Shown here: in pieces, positions 1-13,480 of the stretch | Layout of the letters: each line of letters opens with the position of its first letter | How positions within the stretch are numbered: position 1 is the stretch's first letter | Source: Octopus vulgaris | Taxonomy: Eukaryota | Direction: 5' to 3' | Assembly (NCBI GenBank): GCA_951406725.2 | Contig: OX597831.1 | Coordinates: forward strand, 65,100,001-65,164,000 | Length of the DNA stretch: 64,000 bases | Notes under the pieces: generated by a model | What the model was told of the DNA's origin: nothing | Database searches by the model: none | The model's input: the letters and a program-made list of their open reading frames with translations, nothing else | Made by a program: the position numbers and the translations under genes

Positions 1-1228
1 AGCTGTTCACATGCAGGTATCATACAGTCTGCCTTTGCAGAGGCCCTTTGTTGCCAACAGAGGCAGGAGCTCTCTGAACTTTGCCCAGCCTATTCTTATT
101 CTCTCAGCTACACTCTCAAAGCATCCCCCCCCACTACTGACTTGGTCACCTAGATAACAGAAGCTATCAACTACCTCTAGGTTACCCACCTGACATTTGA
201 TGGGGTCTATTTTCTATACATTTTTAGTGTTTATTGTACCTGTGCACCTTCCACACACAAAAACTATTTTCCCAGTTAACCTTCCTCTGATATTGCTGCA
301 CCTCTTATGTGTCCATAGCTTGCACTGGGTATATCTTATGGAATGTCTACCTATGCCTTTCCTATAGATCAAGTAGGGCCATCCATCTAAATGAAGGGAT
401 TTGTGATTTGTCTGCTTTCCTACTTATTAAGACTTTGGTTTTTGCTAGGTTAACTCTAAGACCCTTTGATTCTAGATCTTGCTTCCACACCTGAAATTAC
501 TTCTTTAGTTCTCGTAGTGATTCAGCTCTAAGAACAAGGTCATCAGCATAAAGGAACTCCCAGGTGCAACCCTTCTTAAATTCTTCTGTTATTGCCTGGA
601 GGACCATGATGAACAACAGGGGGCTGAGGACTGATTCTTGGTGAACTCCTACTTATACCCTGAATTCATCGCTATTGCCTCATCTTACTGACTGCATCTC
701 TGTACATGACTTGTACAGCTCTCACAAACCTCTCATCTATCCCTAGTTTCTGCATTGACCATCAGATAAGAGATCAGGAGACCCTGTCAAAGGCTTTCTC
801 CATGTTAACAAAAGTCAAGTACAGAGATTTATTTTTGGCTAAGTACTTTCCTGCAGCTTCCTTACAAGAAATACAGCATCAATGGTGCTTCTCCCTGGCA
901 CAGAACCAAACTGCAGCTCATCTAGACTAACTCTCTCCCTAATTAGTTGGGCTATGACCCTCTCCATGACTTTCATCACCTGATCCAACAATTTGTTACC
1001 TCTGTAATTAGTTCTATCTAAAGTATCATCTTTACCTTTGTAGCAGTTGACTATGGTGCTGTTACCCCAGTTATTGGGTATGACTCATTTGTGTACCACC
1101 TGATTAACTATACAGGTAACTAGACCATAACCCACACTGCCAGACATCTTAAGCATCTCAGTGGTTATTCCTGAGGAGCTGGGGGACTTTCCCCATCTTC
1201 ATATCCTTCATGGCTTTGTCTACAACAC
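1..1228 (-). mobile_element. LINE (RTE-like) reverse transcriptase fragment, decayed
   Basis: [29 protein letters not shown] and LSPLLF motifs on -. Confidence 0.8.
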
Positions 1229-1662
1229 GGATCTTTACGGTTTGAACGGCAGTTTTTAACATAATTTCCACGTAACTAAACACTTTTAAACTTCGTATAC
1301 TGGTAGAATGTGTTTATAAAACATCTTTTTTTCTTGGCTTTATTGAGAAAATTCTATAGTTAGTAAGATATTTGTTGTTGTTTTTTTCTTCAATTTCTGC
1401 AATTTCAACCAATCACTGACATCCATTGAGGTAAACAATATTCTGTGCCGTATGAATATGTCCCTCATTTAAGAAACAGATTGGGTTTATTTACATTTCT
1501 GAAGAAAAAAGATACCCTTCCTGCCACCCCTAACCCTAACCCTAACCAAACCTAACCCTAAAGCAGATTGAAATGCAATAGATCAATTTTAGGGTCATAA
1601 TTATGGGTGACAATTTCATAAGACACCGCTAGAAAAAACTGCCGTTCAAACCGAAAAGATCC
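1229..1662 (+). mobile_element. MITE (Merlin-like), copy 1, with internal (CCCTAA)n
   Basis: TIR GGATCTTT(T/A)CGGTTTGAACGGCAGTTTTT; 9-bp TSD ctacaacac. Confidence 0.85.
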
Positions 1663-1795
1663 CTACAACACTACTGTCTATTCGACTTTGTCTACAATGC
1701 TACTGTCAATTCTTCTGCCTAACACTTGAAGATAACAGTTAATGAATAGCTATTGTTTGATTCTGTAATAAATGTTGATTTTCTTTAACCTACAG

Positions 1796-1948
1796 ATGCT
1801 GGAGAGTATGACCATACATCCTCGACCTACCCGTGCTGAAGCAGGAGATGTCGCTAATTCTGTCTTAGATGGCATTGATTGTGTTATGTTGTCATCTGAA
1901 ACTGCTAAAGGAAAATATGTAATACAAAGCATCAAAACTTTAGTGCAG
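1796..1948 (+). CDS. PK paralog exon: [51 protein letters not shown]
   Basis: tacag/gtaagg junctions; PTRAE motif. Confidence 0.93.
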
Positions 1949-4351
1949 GTAAGGCTACAAGGTTATACTGCAATAATTTTATAGCTTAAAAGATAGTAAT
2001 TTATTGTACTACTAATCTACTCCTTTGAGAACTCTAAATGCAGCTAACATCATTGTCATCATCATCATCATCATCGTTTAACGTCCATTTTCCATGCTAG
2101 CATGGGTTGGACGGTTCGACTGGGATCTGGGAAGCCAGGAGGCTGCACCAGGCCCAGTCTGATCTGGCAGTGTTTCTACAGCTGGATGCCCTTCCTAATG
2201 TCAACCACTCCATGAGTGTAGTGGGTGCTTTTTACGTGCCACCGGCACAGGTGCCAGGTGAGGCTGGCAACGGCCACGATCGGTTGGTGCTTTTTACATG
2301 CCACCGGCATGGAAGCCAGTCAAGGCGGCACTGGTAAAGAAAACCCTCAACCTAAAACTCTCATGTATTCCATTAATTCCTTCTCTAATATAAGCACCAG
2401 AGGAACAATCTACTTGGCAAATTTCTCTTTCTTCTTGGCTATACTAAGAGATATATATCAAGGCGGCGAGCTGGCAGAAACGTTAGCATGCCGGGCGAAA
2501 TGCTTAGCGGTATTTCGTCTGCCATTATGTTCTGAGTTCAAATTCCGCCGAGGTCGACTTTGCCTTTCATCCTTTCGGGGTCGATAAATTAAGTACCAGT
2601 TGTGCACTGGGGTCGATGTAATCGACTTAATCCGTTTGTCTGTCCTTGTTTGTCCCCTCTATGTTTAGCCCCTTGTGGACAATAAAGAAATAAGAGATTT
2701 ATATCAAACAGTAGTTGCAAATATCCTCAAAATCTTTGCAAGAAGTTTAACTGTCTACTCTGGTAGTGCAGTTGTGTTGTCGACAGAACCATTCAGTCAC
2801 TTTATCTTTCCTTCTTTTGCTGTGTGTCTGATTAGCTTACAGCTATTAATACTGCAGCGATTACATGTACATGGCAAAAAGTAAGAGGTAAACTTTTCAC
2901 ACTTCACTTTATCCATGCAACTATTGCTCTTAAGAAAAGTAAAAACATCACATAGATCAATTCTCTCTTAACCCTTTTGATGTCAACCTGCCCAAGGCCA
3001 CCACTCTTGAGTTCTATAACACAAACATTTTGCTTTAAAACCTTCCATCAAAATTTAATGTTTATTTATGTTCCAAACACTAACTTAATGATAACATTTT
3101 ATTTTACTAAATTCTTTATTATTTTCAACATAAATTGAACAAAGAGTGTTTTAATAGAAATATGATAACAAAAGCATTAAAATGTAGAGTCTTTATGTTT
3201 AGTCAAAATGAAACAAAATTATAAGGTGATCTTGATTCCAAATCTTTTCTAAAAATTCTGTGTTTTAAAACGTCTGAAGTCAAACTAAAAAGTAGATGTT
3301 AGTGATGGTTTTAATAAATTCCATATTTTACTGTGGATTAACCACAAAGAATTGTGTTTTGACTTAGCACTTCTAACAGTGTGTAAAAAAAAATAGGTAA
3401 TGAATGGTGAGCCAAAAAATAAAGTTAGCATGCTCCAGTGGGTGTGTAATATTATCGTGCATGAATGCCTGAGTACAAATGAGAAAGGATTCAGACCATG
3501 ACAAGCCTTCCAGTTCATACCAGCATGGAAGGTGGACTTAAAATGATTATGACAATTAACCCTAGTAGTACACACCCTGGTGCATTGTATCAGACTAAAG
3601 AAGTTATTAATGCTACAGTTATTTATGTGTGTATATGTGCTGTTGTGTTTGAACTAAGTGTGAGAGATAGTGTTTATAGATCATTTAACATATAAGTAAG
3701 ATAGACTGTGTTGATTACAGCTTGCTGTTTTAACAATCTGTTTTAACAATCTGTGTCCTTCACATATCAAGATGGTTTTTGTTTTTTGTTTGAGTATTTG
3801 AATAGCCAAACAGTCAATAATGACAGCAGGTGTTTTAACTAAACTTTGTGATAATTACATTTTGGTCTGTATACATGAATATTTGATTTTTCAAATTGGT
3901 GGTATTGTTGAAAAATCTACATGGTGAAAGTTACTACTGAGAATATGATGATGTAAATAAAAATGCCAGAATAACAGGAAAATAACTGGAAAATAAGAAA
4001 ATCATATTTCTCACTCCACAAATATTATTTTGCTTGAAATACTATACTCTACGTTGTTTTAACATTTCAATTGCTATTTTAATTTTTTCCCACACATCTC
4101 TGTTATTTGGTCTGTTCTATTTGTCTATATTTTCCTAATCAAAAGCATTCATCCTAGTGAAATCAACACATCAGGAAATCTACCCTAAATATTCTTGGAA
4201 AGTTTCATACCACCTTACTCTAATGCAGTGTTTCTCAACCTTTTTACCCTAGCGTAACCCTTAAAATAAATTACATGTCTCAAGGAACCCTTGTACAAAA
4301 AAAAATGATATACCATATCTTTCATATTTTTTCTTCGTAGTTCATGCGGTA

Positions 4352-4388
<37 letters not shown>

Positions 4389-6511
4389 TTATATATATGT
4401 ATGGCGCTGGCAACGGCAACATCCGAACGTAGCCGTTGCCAGCACCGCCCCAACTGGCCTCGTGCCAGTGGCACATAAAAAGCACCATCCGTTTGTGGCC
4501 ATTGCCAGCCTCGCCTGGCCCCCGTGCCGGTGGCACATAAAAAGCACCATCTGATCGTGGCCGTTTGCCAGACTCGTCTGGCACCTGTGCCAGTGGCACG
4601 TAAAAAGCACCCACTACACTCATGGAGTGGTTGGCGTTAGGAAGGGCATCCACCTGTAGAAACACTGCCAGATCAGACTGGGCCTGGTGCAGCCTTCTGG
4701 CTTCCCAGACCCCAGTTGAACCGTCCAACCCATGCTAGCATGGAAAGCGGATGCTAAACGATGATGATGATATATATTTATTTAATATTATAATATTACA
4801 TTAATCAATAATATGTTGTGCATGTATAGTAATATTACGATCATGAAATTAGCATTAGCTTATCTCACACTTTCTCGGGGAACCCCTAGGAATGTATTGC
4901 GGAACCCTAGGGTTCCGTGGAACCCCGGTTGGGAAATGCTGCTCTAATGAAAAACTCTGTGAAAACTGGACTTTCATCATGACATCAAACAAGTTTCAAA
5001 CTGATGTGGGACAAATAAAAAAAATGTCTTTAATAATTATTTCTTTTTGTGAATTGCTTTGCAGATCTGTCGTGAAGCTGAAGGGGCTATGTTCGCTTAC
5101 CAATTTATGAAAGATTTGAGCACAATCAGTGATTTTTGTTTGAGCAAAGAGGAGGCCACAGCTCTTGCAGCCGTGAAGGGAGCAATCAGCTGTGAAGCAA
5201 AAGCTATTGTAGTAGTAACTTCTTCAGGAAAGTAAGTAACTGTTTCTACTGGCTTGGAAACAAAATTTGCTTAGTGGGTGCAAACCCAGGGTCAAAATTT
5301 TTTACAAGCAAGGTCTTATTGTTTGTTTTTTACTTATTTTTATTCTTTGATTTTTTAAAATTTTTTTGGAGAAGAAAACTAATTTCAAGCTACTTTTTGT
5401 GCACTGTTTTCTAAACCTGAGAAAAGTAAGTAGGGGTGCAAATTTTGATTTTGTACCCACCAGGAACTTTAGGTGTACTTTCACCCCATATTCCCAAGCC
5501 CATAGCTGTTTTTTATTCCTTTTTCTATTTCTGTTTAATGAGTTCAACATTAGTACAAAGGAAAGGGTATAGTAGGAAAGGGTATAGTGTAGTTGATTAA
5601 ATCAACTCTGGTACTTTATTTTATTAACCCTGGAAGGGTTAATAAAAGCAAATTTGATTTTCACAAGATTTGAACTCAGAATGTAAAGAGTAGTAATTTA
5701 GATACTGTAAAGCAATTTATTCAACACTAACCATTCCACCATTCACAAATAAGTTGGATGGGTTACAAAAGTAAGATCCATAAAAGTCTTTGAAGATATC
5801 TACTATCATTCTAATATGAAATGGAATTAATAATTTGTCTTCTAATCAAATGAAGTTGAGATGAGTTATGTATTTTTTATTAAGTGTTTCAGTGTTTGTA
5901 GCATATGAAGCAAGTGATTCTCTCAAACCCCACAAACTTACTCTGCACTTTTACATAATGAGGCCTGCAATTACAAGGATTGCAAATCAAAAAAGTTCAT
6001 AATAAATGTTCCAACCTCGTGTAAATGGCTGATCAGTCTTTAGATGGTGGTGGTCGTTATTGAGCCTCGTACATACATAATGGAACGACAAACAGAATGG
6101 TTGGCATGTAAGGGCTATGGTCTTCTGTGCTGTGTTCCTATCCGCTAGCTGGCCTGAAGCCTAAGATAGAGCCAGTCAAGTTGCGTCCTCATAGCTTGCG
6201 TGTCTATGCAGAAAAGAAGAGATGAGGTCACGTGCTGAACCTCAATGTTGTGTAGCGCCCTCTCTCTGTATAGCCAGCTTGTTTACCCGCTGTCAAGGGT
6301 GGTAATGCACCTACAAGTCCGTACTCACTTTAATTGCAATATAATAGGCACAGGAGTGGCTGTGTGGTAAGTAGCTTGCTTACCAACCACATGGTTCCGG
6401 GTTCAGTCCCACTGCGTGACATCTTGGGCAAGTGTCTTCTACTATATCCTCGGGCCGACCAAACCCTTGAGAGTGGATTTGGTAGACAGAAACTGAAAGA
6501 AGCCCATCGAA

Positions 6512-6551
<40 letters not shown>

Positions 6552-7153
6552 TTTGTGTGTCTGTGTTTGTCCCCCTAGCATTGCTTGACAACCAATGCTG
6601 GTGTGTTTATGTCCCCGTCACTTAGCAGTTCAGCAAAAGAGACCAATAGAATAAGCACTGGGTTTACAAAGAATAAGTGCTGGGGTCGAGTTGCTCGATT
6701 AAAGGCGGTGCTCCAGCATGGCCGCAGTCAAAGGACTGAAACAAGTAAAAGAGAGTAAAGAAGGTATAATCCCCAGACAGAATCAGCATCACACAGCTTG
6801 CATTTTGTGTTAGAAGTTCAGTCCATCACCCCAGGCCCAAGGTTATGGCAGAAGAGAACTTACCCAGAGTGTCACAGCAACATTGAGTCTGTGACCTAAT
6901 GATTGCAAGGAAAACTTAATTGTTTAACAATATCTTTACTGGCATAAATGTTTGATATAATGAATATGTGTTGGGCTTGATAGGCGCAGGAGTGGCTGTG
7001 TGGTAAGTAGCTTGCTTACCAACCACATGGTTCCAGGTTCAGTCCCACTGCATGGCATCTTGGGCAAGTGTCTTCTGCCATAGCCCCGGGCCGACCAATG
7101 CCTTGTGAGTGGATTTGGTAGACGGAAACTGAAAGAAGCCTGTCGTATATATG

Positions 7154-7192
<39 letters not shown>

Positions 7193-9787
7193 TTGTGTGT
7201 CTGTGTTTGTCCCCCTAGCATTGCTTGACATCCGATGCTGGTGTGTTTACGTCACCGTCACTTAGCGGTTCAGCAAAAGAGACCGATAGAATAAGTACTG
7301 GGCTTACAAAGAATAAGTCCTTGGGTCGATTTGTTCGACTAAAGGCGGTGCTCCAGCATGGTCGCAGTCAAATGACTGAAACAAGTAAAAGAGTATATGT
7401 ATGTATATTGTATTTAGCAATGATTTAATGGACTTAGGAATGTATGATTTGCATCAACCAGATATCAGCAGTCTTAAGTTCATACAAATTTGATGAAGTA
7501 GTGAAATGTGAGTATGCTTACAATTGCATTTTAAGGGAAAACCGAAGAAACTGACACTTTTTTCACCATTTTTTGCAGAAATTTAAAACAAAATTACAAA
7601 AAAAAATTTATTAATTTAGTCAACACAAATGTTACAAGTTTTTAACATTTGCATTTGAAACAAAACATATGAAGATACAGTAGCAAATAATGAAGTCCTA
7701 GTGGCAAGTTTCAGATTTTGGCACAAGGCCAGTAATTTCGGGGAAGAGATTAAATTAATTATATCAATCCCAGTGCATGTTCTATCAACCCCGAAAGGAT
7801 GAAAGGCAAAGTCAACCTTGGCAGAATTTGAACACAGGACCTAAAGACTGACAAAATGCCACTAAGCATTTAGCCCAGTGTACTAACTATTCTGCCAAAC
7901 TTTTTAATTATTAACAATGAGTTCAGTACCTTAATTGCTCCATTGTTGTACATAGCATTGAAAACAGAGTTCTTTATACTAAATTACAACAAAAATTATA
8001 TAACTATGTATTACAAAATTCATTTCGTGGATTATAATCTTTGACATGACTAAATTGAGCAATTGATAATATTTAAGTGTAATGTTACATGGACATTTTA
8101 CATATCAATTTACAGATCTGCTGCTCTCATCTCTCGTTATCGACCACGTTGCATAGTGATTGCAGTCACAAGGTCACCAATCACAGCAAGGCAGCTCCAT
8201 CTCTATCGTGGAGTTCTTCCAGTCATTGACCAAAGTAAGATATCTATATTTTATTTTGAAACTTAAAATCATATTACAGTCATTGAGTATTTCTTCTATG
8301 AAAATAGTCCCTCTGAACGATCCTTTTTTAAATTACTTTATAAATCAATGTAAACAATTCTGCTTCCCAGAGATTAATCTTTTAATGTCCTATGTTTTTC
8401 ATATGCAAAAATTCTTATAACATTGATCAGTAAACAGTTTATACTTCTCAATCTGGTATAAAAAAATATTTTTACATTGGAAATTTAAAGAAAATTCAAA
8501 GAGAATTTGGAAAGGAAATAAAATGTTATTGCTATGAATGATATAAAACAAATCCAAGCACCCAGACTTTGGTGATACAAAAGTGCAAGCCACAATTCCA
8601 TTAACCTAAATACTGATCTACCAACCATTATTTCATTATCTCACATACTGCAACGTTGGCCATAGTTCCTTTAGCCTATCATACTGCAGTGTTAGCCTAC
8701 ATAATGTCATGTTATCCATAGTTCCATTAGCCCGGTTACTGGAATGTTAGCCATAGTTCTATTAACCCACAAGTTGAATTGTTGGGCAGAATCTCATACT
8801 GAAACACTAGTCATAATTCCTTTAGCACAGATACTGCAGCCATAGGTGTGTTGCTAACAATTCTGCTCCACAACCATCTGGCTTTGGGTTCAGTTCCTCT
8901 GTGCACCACCACTTTGGGCATGTACCTTTTACTATAACCCTAGGCAGACCAAACCTTTATGAATATATTTGTTAGGTAGAAACTGGAAAGAAGCCTGTCG
9001 TTTATATATGACAGTTGACAAATGAAAGCAAGTGATACTCAGTACATTTGGCAGGAGTTACATATATTATTTAATGACAGTCTAACTCAGCTCCATGGAA
9101 ACTGATATTTCATAGGCTTGTAGATCAAACAACTCATCAGGAATCTAGAGAGAGAGAGAGAGTAATAGAATATAAGACAAATTTAAGATGGCTAAAAATT
9201 AGAAGCCATCTTGAATTATGGCCAGCACTGTATATAGGTCACAGTATTGGCCATAATTCCATTACCCTATACATTTACACTGGACATTATCCCATTAGCC
9301 AATATACATATACACATACCTTTAAATACACACACACACAATGGGCTTCTTTCCATTTCTATCTACCAAAACGTCCATTTTGGAGTTATGGTAAAATAAA
9401 CTTACTCTCAGTGTAGCATAGTGAGTCTGATTACAAACCGTTGTTGCAAAGTAAACTTCATTAGTCCACATTCTGCAGTTTGTGGTCATAATTCCATGGT
9501 TGTTCATATCGCCATTAACTTAAATATTAAACCATTTCCCCTCATTAACCGACACGCTAATAGTCGTTTTTAACATTTTACCTGCAGGCCCAGTTACTGG
9601 TTTTTGGGAAAAAGATTACAACTTAGGAATCAAGAAAGCCTTTGAGAATGCAGTGGAAAGAGGATTCTTGAAAGTCAAAGACCGAGTTATGCTGGTGCGT
9701 GGTTGGACTGAAGGCAGTGGTTCCACTGATACGATGTGTGTGGCTACAGTGCCCGGTGAAAATGATCCGCTTCCGATGACATATTAG
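1796..9787 (+). CDS. Divergent pyruvate kinase paralog, 3' part: join(1796-1948,5065-5231,8116-8234,9588-9787); 5' exons lie upstream of the window
   Basis: Exon lengths 153/167/119 and phases identical to the minus-strand PK; GT-AG introns; no stops; AATAAA at 9968-9973. Confidence 0.9.
2057..2335 (-). mobile_element. Abundant (GAT)n-tailed retroposon family 3; copies at about 4400-4771, 13843-14201, 19055-19335, 40574-40990, 44040-44220, 49609-49785, 59215-59465, 62325-62495
   Basis: Shared catcatcatcgtttaacgtcc...catgctagcatgggttggacgg...ctggatgcccttcctaa. Confidence 0.8.
2462..2693 (+). mobile_element. tRNA-derived SINE family 2; other copies at 10827-11056 (-) and 26993-27222 (-), partial copies at about 7700-7880 and 5590-5740
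   Basis: ggcggcgagctggcagaa...gagttcaaattcc box A/B-like head; core gcctttcatcctttcggggtcgataaattaagtacc. Confidence 0.8.
4226..4941. mobile_element. Non-autonomous hAT (Charlie-like) element with a nested retroposon (about 4400-4771)
   Basis: TIRs CAGTGTTTCTCAACC / GGTTGGGAAATGCTG; perfect 8-bp TSD ctctaatg. Confidence 0.8.
5065..5231 (+). CDS. PK paralog exon: [56 protein letters not shown]
   Basis: ttgcag/gtaagt junctions, 167 nt; [15 protein letters not shown] pattern. Confidence 0.9.
6347..6760 (+). mobile_element. tRNA-derived SINE family 1 with internal (TA)n/(TG)n
   Basis: Head ggcgcaggagtggctgtgtggtaag...ggttcagtccc; at least six near-identical copies in the window. Confidence 0.85.
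6983..7394 (+). mobile_element. SINE family 1
   Basis: Near-identical to 6347-6760. Confidence 0.85.
8116..8234 (+). CDS. PK paralog exon: [39 protein letters not shown]
   Basis: tttacag/gtaaga junctions, 119 nt; [18 protein letters not shown]. Confidence 0.93.
8598..8845. repeat. Decayed minisatellite (about 36-38-bp unit), continuing at about 9240-9300 and 9460-9550
   Basis: Recurring catactg..gttagccatagttcc(a/t)ttagcc. Confidence 0.6.
9588..9787 (+). CDS. PK paralog terminal exon: (S)[65 protein letters not shown]
   Basis: cctgcag acceptor, phase 1; GWxxGSGxT motif; TAG at 9785-9787. Confidence 0.88.
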
Positions 9788-11744
9788 ATCATTTTTTTTT
9801 CTTTAAAGCTTGTCGAGAGAAAATTTATTTCATTGATTATTAAAGCTATTTCTTCTTAAAATGATATTGGAATGTATAAGTTCAAGGGACCAACTTCCTT
9901 TAGTTAGCATACTTGTTTGAGGAACAAGCAAATATGCTAATTTACTAACTCTAGTAAGATTGATGTAAATAAAACTTAATACTATACTCAAACCAGACTA
10001 TGTTTAAATTATAAATTAATATAAGTATCATTGTGAAACTGCTGTGCTGACCACTTAGTAGGACACTAAATTTAATTCTACAATTTTGAACTTTACTATA
10101 AGTGTATTAACATTTTAACTACCAACAAAAAAAAAATCCATTTAAATATGAAAGTAGTACTAATTAAAAAGATATGGTATTCAAAGCTGGGATCCTTAAC
10201 CATAGCTCTGCTCAAACAGATTTGATATGAATGATTTCTAATTTAGGCACAATGCTAACGATTTAGAGGGAGGGGATTAATTGAAATGATTGATCTCAAT
10301 GCCTGACTGTTTTTGAGGTCAATAAAATAAAATTAAAAAAAAAAAATGAAGGTAAAGTTGACTTTAGTAGGATTTGAACTCAGAACATAGAGTTGGAACA
10401 AACACTGTTTGGTATTTTCTCTAGTGCTCTAATAATTCTGCCAGCTTGTAATACAACTTTTTCAACCAAAGCTGGTGGCATAAATCTTATTTCTAAAACT
10501 AACAAGGACAATTCAAAGCTTCTTGGAGTGTCACTTCAGATTTGCACTGTGAAAGTACATATCCTTGTCCAACTGGACACATTTGCGCTCATGTTGTTTG
10601 TATAATAACCTTTCACAAAGACAGCTTTATAATCTACAACTAAATGATTCTTGGGGTTTGAAAATTTATGACACATTTTTGAAACATTGTGTACAGTATT
10701 TGAGAGGCATTGGAGAAAGATCACCACATAAAGGTGGCAGGGCTTATCTGCTAGAGACAGTTGATACAGTAAAATCTGGAGCAAAGAAGATCCATCCTGT
10801 AAGTAGTGTGGAGTGACATTTTATACCTATTTCTTTACCTCCCACAGGGGCTAAACACAGATGGGGACAAGAACAGACAAACGGATTAAGTCGATTATAT
10901 CGACCCCCAGTGCGTAACTGGTACTTAATTTATTGACCCCGAAAGAATGAAAGGTAAAGTCGACCTCGGCGGAATTTAAACTCAGAACGTAACGGCAGAC
11001 GAAATACCGCAAAGCATTTTGCCCGGCGTGCTAATGGTTCTGCCAGCTCGCCGCCATACCCTGAACACATTTTAACTGGATGCCCCAGGGTACCAGGAGA
11101 AGATGGATACAAATGGAAATTCAGTAACGTCCTTAGAAAAGTTGCCAAGTGAAAAGACTTGCAGAGAATTAAGACCAACAAACAATAGGCATCACCCACA
11201 AAGGTATTAGATTCCTAAGGAAAGGTAATAAAACTTCAAAAAGCAAAAATAGTTTAGAGACACTTTCTATAAGACTATGACTGAAGGATGAAAGCAGATC
11301 TGAAAGGAAGACTCTTCCTTCCAAAAGAGGTGGTAATACCAATACTCCATCATGTACAGCTTGTCTAAGAGCACAAAAGCAATTACCATGGCCAAACTCA
11401 TGGTGTCTTGAGAGGACAGACTTAACATTTCTCACTAACTGAAGAAATCCAAATACCAGAATGTGGTTGATGAGGCTCTTTTCAAAGAATGGGATGCAGT
11501 GCCATTCCGCTATTAATGTTAATTGTTACAGTTTCCCAGTATGATTACTGCACTATATTCTTGCAGAAGATTTGTTTAGGACCCAGATAACTTCATAGGG
11601 AACTAAGGAGATAGCTATGGCAGCTGAAATCAGTTTAAGGTGGTTGACAAAAGTACAGATAGAAACACTTTTATAAATGAAGGTTAATAATTTACTCTTT
11701 GTTGTTCCACTCAGGTGAAGCAAATGAGCTAAAGGGCAAAACAC

Positions 11745-12163
11745 GGATCTTTTCGGTTTGAACGGCAGTTTTTAAAAATAATTTCCACATAACTAAACAC
11801 TTTTAAACTTCGTATACTTGTAGAATGTGTTTATAAAACATCTTTTTCTTTTGGCTTTATTGAGAAAATTCTACAGCTTGTAAGATATTTGTTGATTTTT
11901 TTTCTTCAATTTCTGCAATTTCAACCAATCAATGACGTCTGTTGAGGTAAAAAAAAAACATTCTGTGCCGTATGAATATGTCCCTCATTTAAGAAATAGA
12001 TTGGGTTTATTTAGATTTCTGAAGAAAAAAGAAACCCTTCCCCCACCCCTAACTATCCATAAAACAGATTGAAATGCAATAGATCAATACTAGTGTCATA
12101 ATTATGGGTGACAATTTCATATAACACCGCTAGAAAAAACTGCCGTTCAAACTGAAAAGATCC
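11745..12163 (+). mobile_element. MITE (Merlin-like), copy 2
   Basis: Same TIRs and interior as copy 1; 8-bp TSD caaaacac. Confidence 0.85.
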
Positions 12164-12422
12164 CAAAACACTTGTGACAGGTCAAAATACAGACTAAAGC
12201 CATTGCATCAGTACAAAAGCTTGAGTCCCCATCAAGAGGAGCCAGTAATATCTTTTAGTTCCTACAGTTTTTGCCTAGGGAAAAAAAAAAAACACCTGAC
12301 GTTTATTTAACCAATATTCTATGCAAACTAAAGAATAAAATTTTTTAAAAATTAAAAAAAAAGAGAAGAAAATGGTTCCAGTAAGAGATCTAGGATTTGA
12401 AATGTAAATAATACACATATTA

Positions 12423-12579
12423 GGCGCAGGAGTGGCTGTGTGGTAAGTAGCTTGCTTACCAACCACAGTCCCATTGTGTGGCATCTTGGGCAAGTGTCTT
12501 CTGCTATAGCCCCAGGCCGACCAATGCCTTGTGAGTGGATTTGGTAGACGGAAACTGAAAGAAGCCTGTCGTATATATG

Positions 12580-12612
<33 letters not shown>

Positions 12613-12814
12613 TTGTGTGTCTGTGTTTGTCCCCCTAGCATTGCTTGACAACCGATGCTGGTGTGTTTACGTCCCCATCACTTAGCGGTTCAGCAAAAGA
12701 GACCGATAGAATAAGTACTGGGCTTGCAAAGAATAAGTCCCGGGGTCGATTTGCTCGACTAAAGGCGGTGCTCCAGCATGGCCGCAGTCAAATGACTGAA
12801 ACAAGTAAAAGAGT
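12423..12814 (+). mobile_element. SINE family 1
   Basis: Near-identical to other copies, with a small head deletion. Confidence 0.85.
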
Positions 12815-13061
12815 AATATACAAGAGTCAAGTCAGATATTGTACAGATTTATATCTGAGATACAGTGTGGCATTGAATGAAGATATTACTAAACATCTGT
12901 TTGCATTAGTTTAGTAACTGCCACAAAATTCATTTTAATGTTTAAAATGTCCGCTTACTCATGAGTGGACAAATGAAAGAAAGTGGCACTCAACACATTT
13001 GGTAGGAGTTACGTATATTATTCAATAAGTCTGACTCAGCCCCATGCAACTTAAAGATTCA

Positions 13062-13480
13062 GGATCTTTTTGGTTTGAACAGCAATTTTTTCTAGCGGTG
13101 TCATATGAAATTGTCACCCATAATTATGACCCTAGTATCGATCTATTGCATTTCAATCTGTTTTAGGGTTAGGGTTAGGGGTGTGGGGGAAGGGTATCTT
13201 TTTTTCTTCACAAATGTAAATAAACCCAATCTGTTTCTTAAACGGGGGACATATTCATACGGCACAATGTTTATTTTACCCCAATAGACGTCAGTAATTG
13301 GTTGAAATTGCAGGAATTGAAGAAAAAAAAACAACAAATATCTTACAAACTATAGAATTTTCACAATAAAGCCAAGAGAAAAATATGTTTTATAAACATA
13401 TTCTACCAGTATACACAGTTTAAAATTTTTTAGTTACCTAGAAATTATGTTAAAAACTGCTGTTCAAACCGAAAAGATCC
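13062..13480 (-). mobile_element. MITE (Merlin-like), copy 3, inverted
   Basis: Same TIRs; TSD aagattca/gagattca; ttagggttagggttaggg inside. Confidence 0.85.

Noticed and set aside
535-555. CTGATGA on the minus strand
   Set aside because: It is the YADD codon stretch of the LINE reverse transcriptase.
1528-1560. Chromosome end or telomere fusion site
   Set aside because: The short CCCTAA tract is internal to a TIR-bounded MITE with a TSD.
8598-8845. CRISPR-like array
   Set aside because: Eukaryotic intron; degenerate tandem units with no unique spacers and no cas genes.
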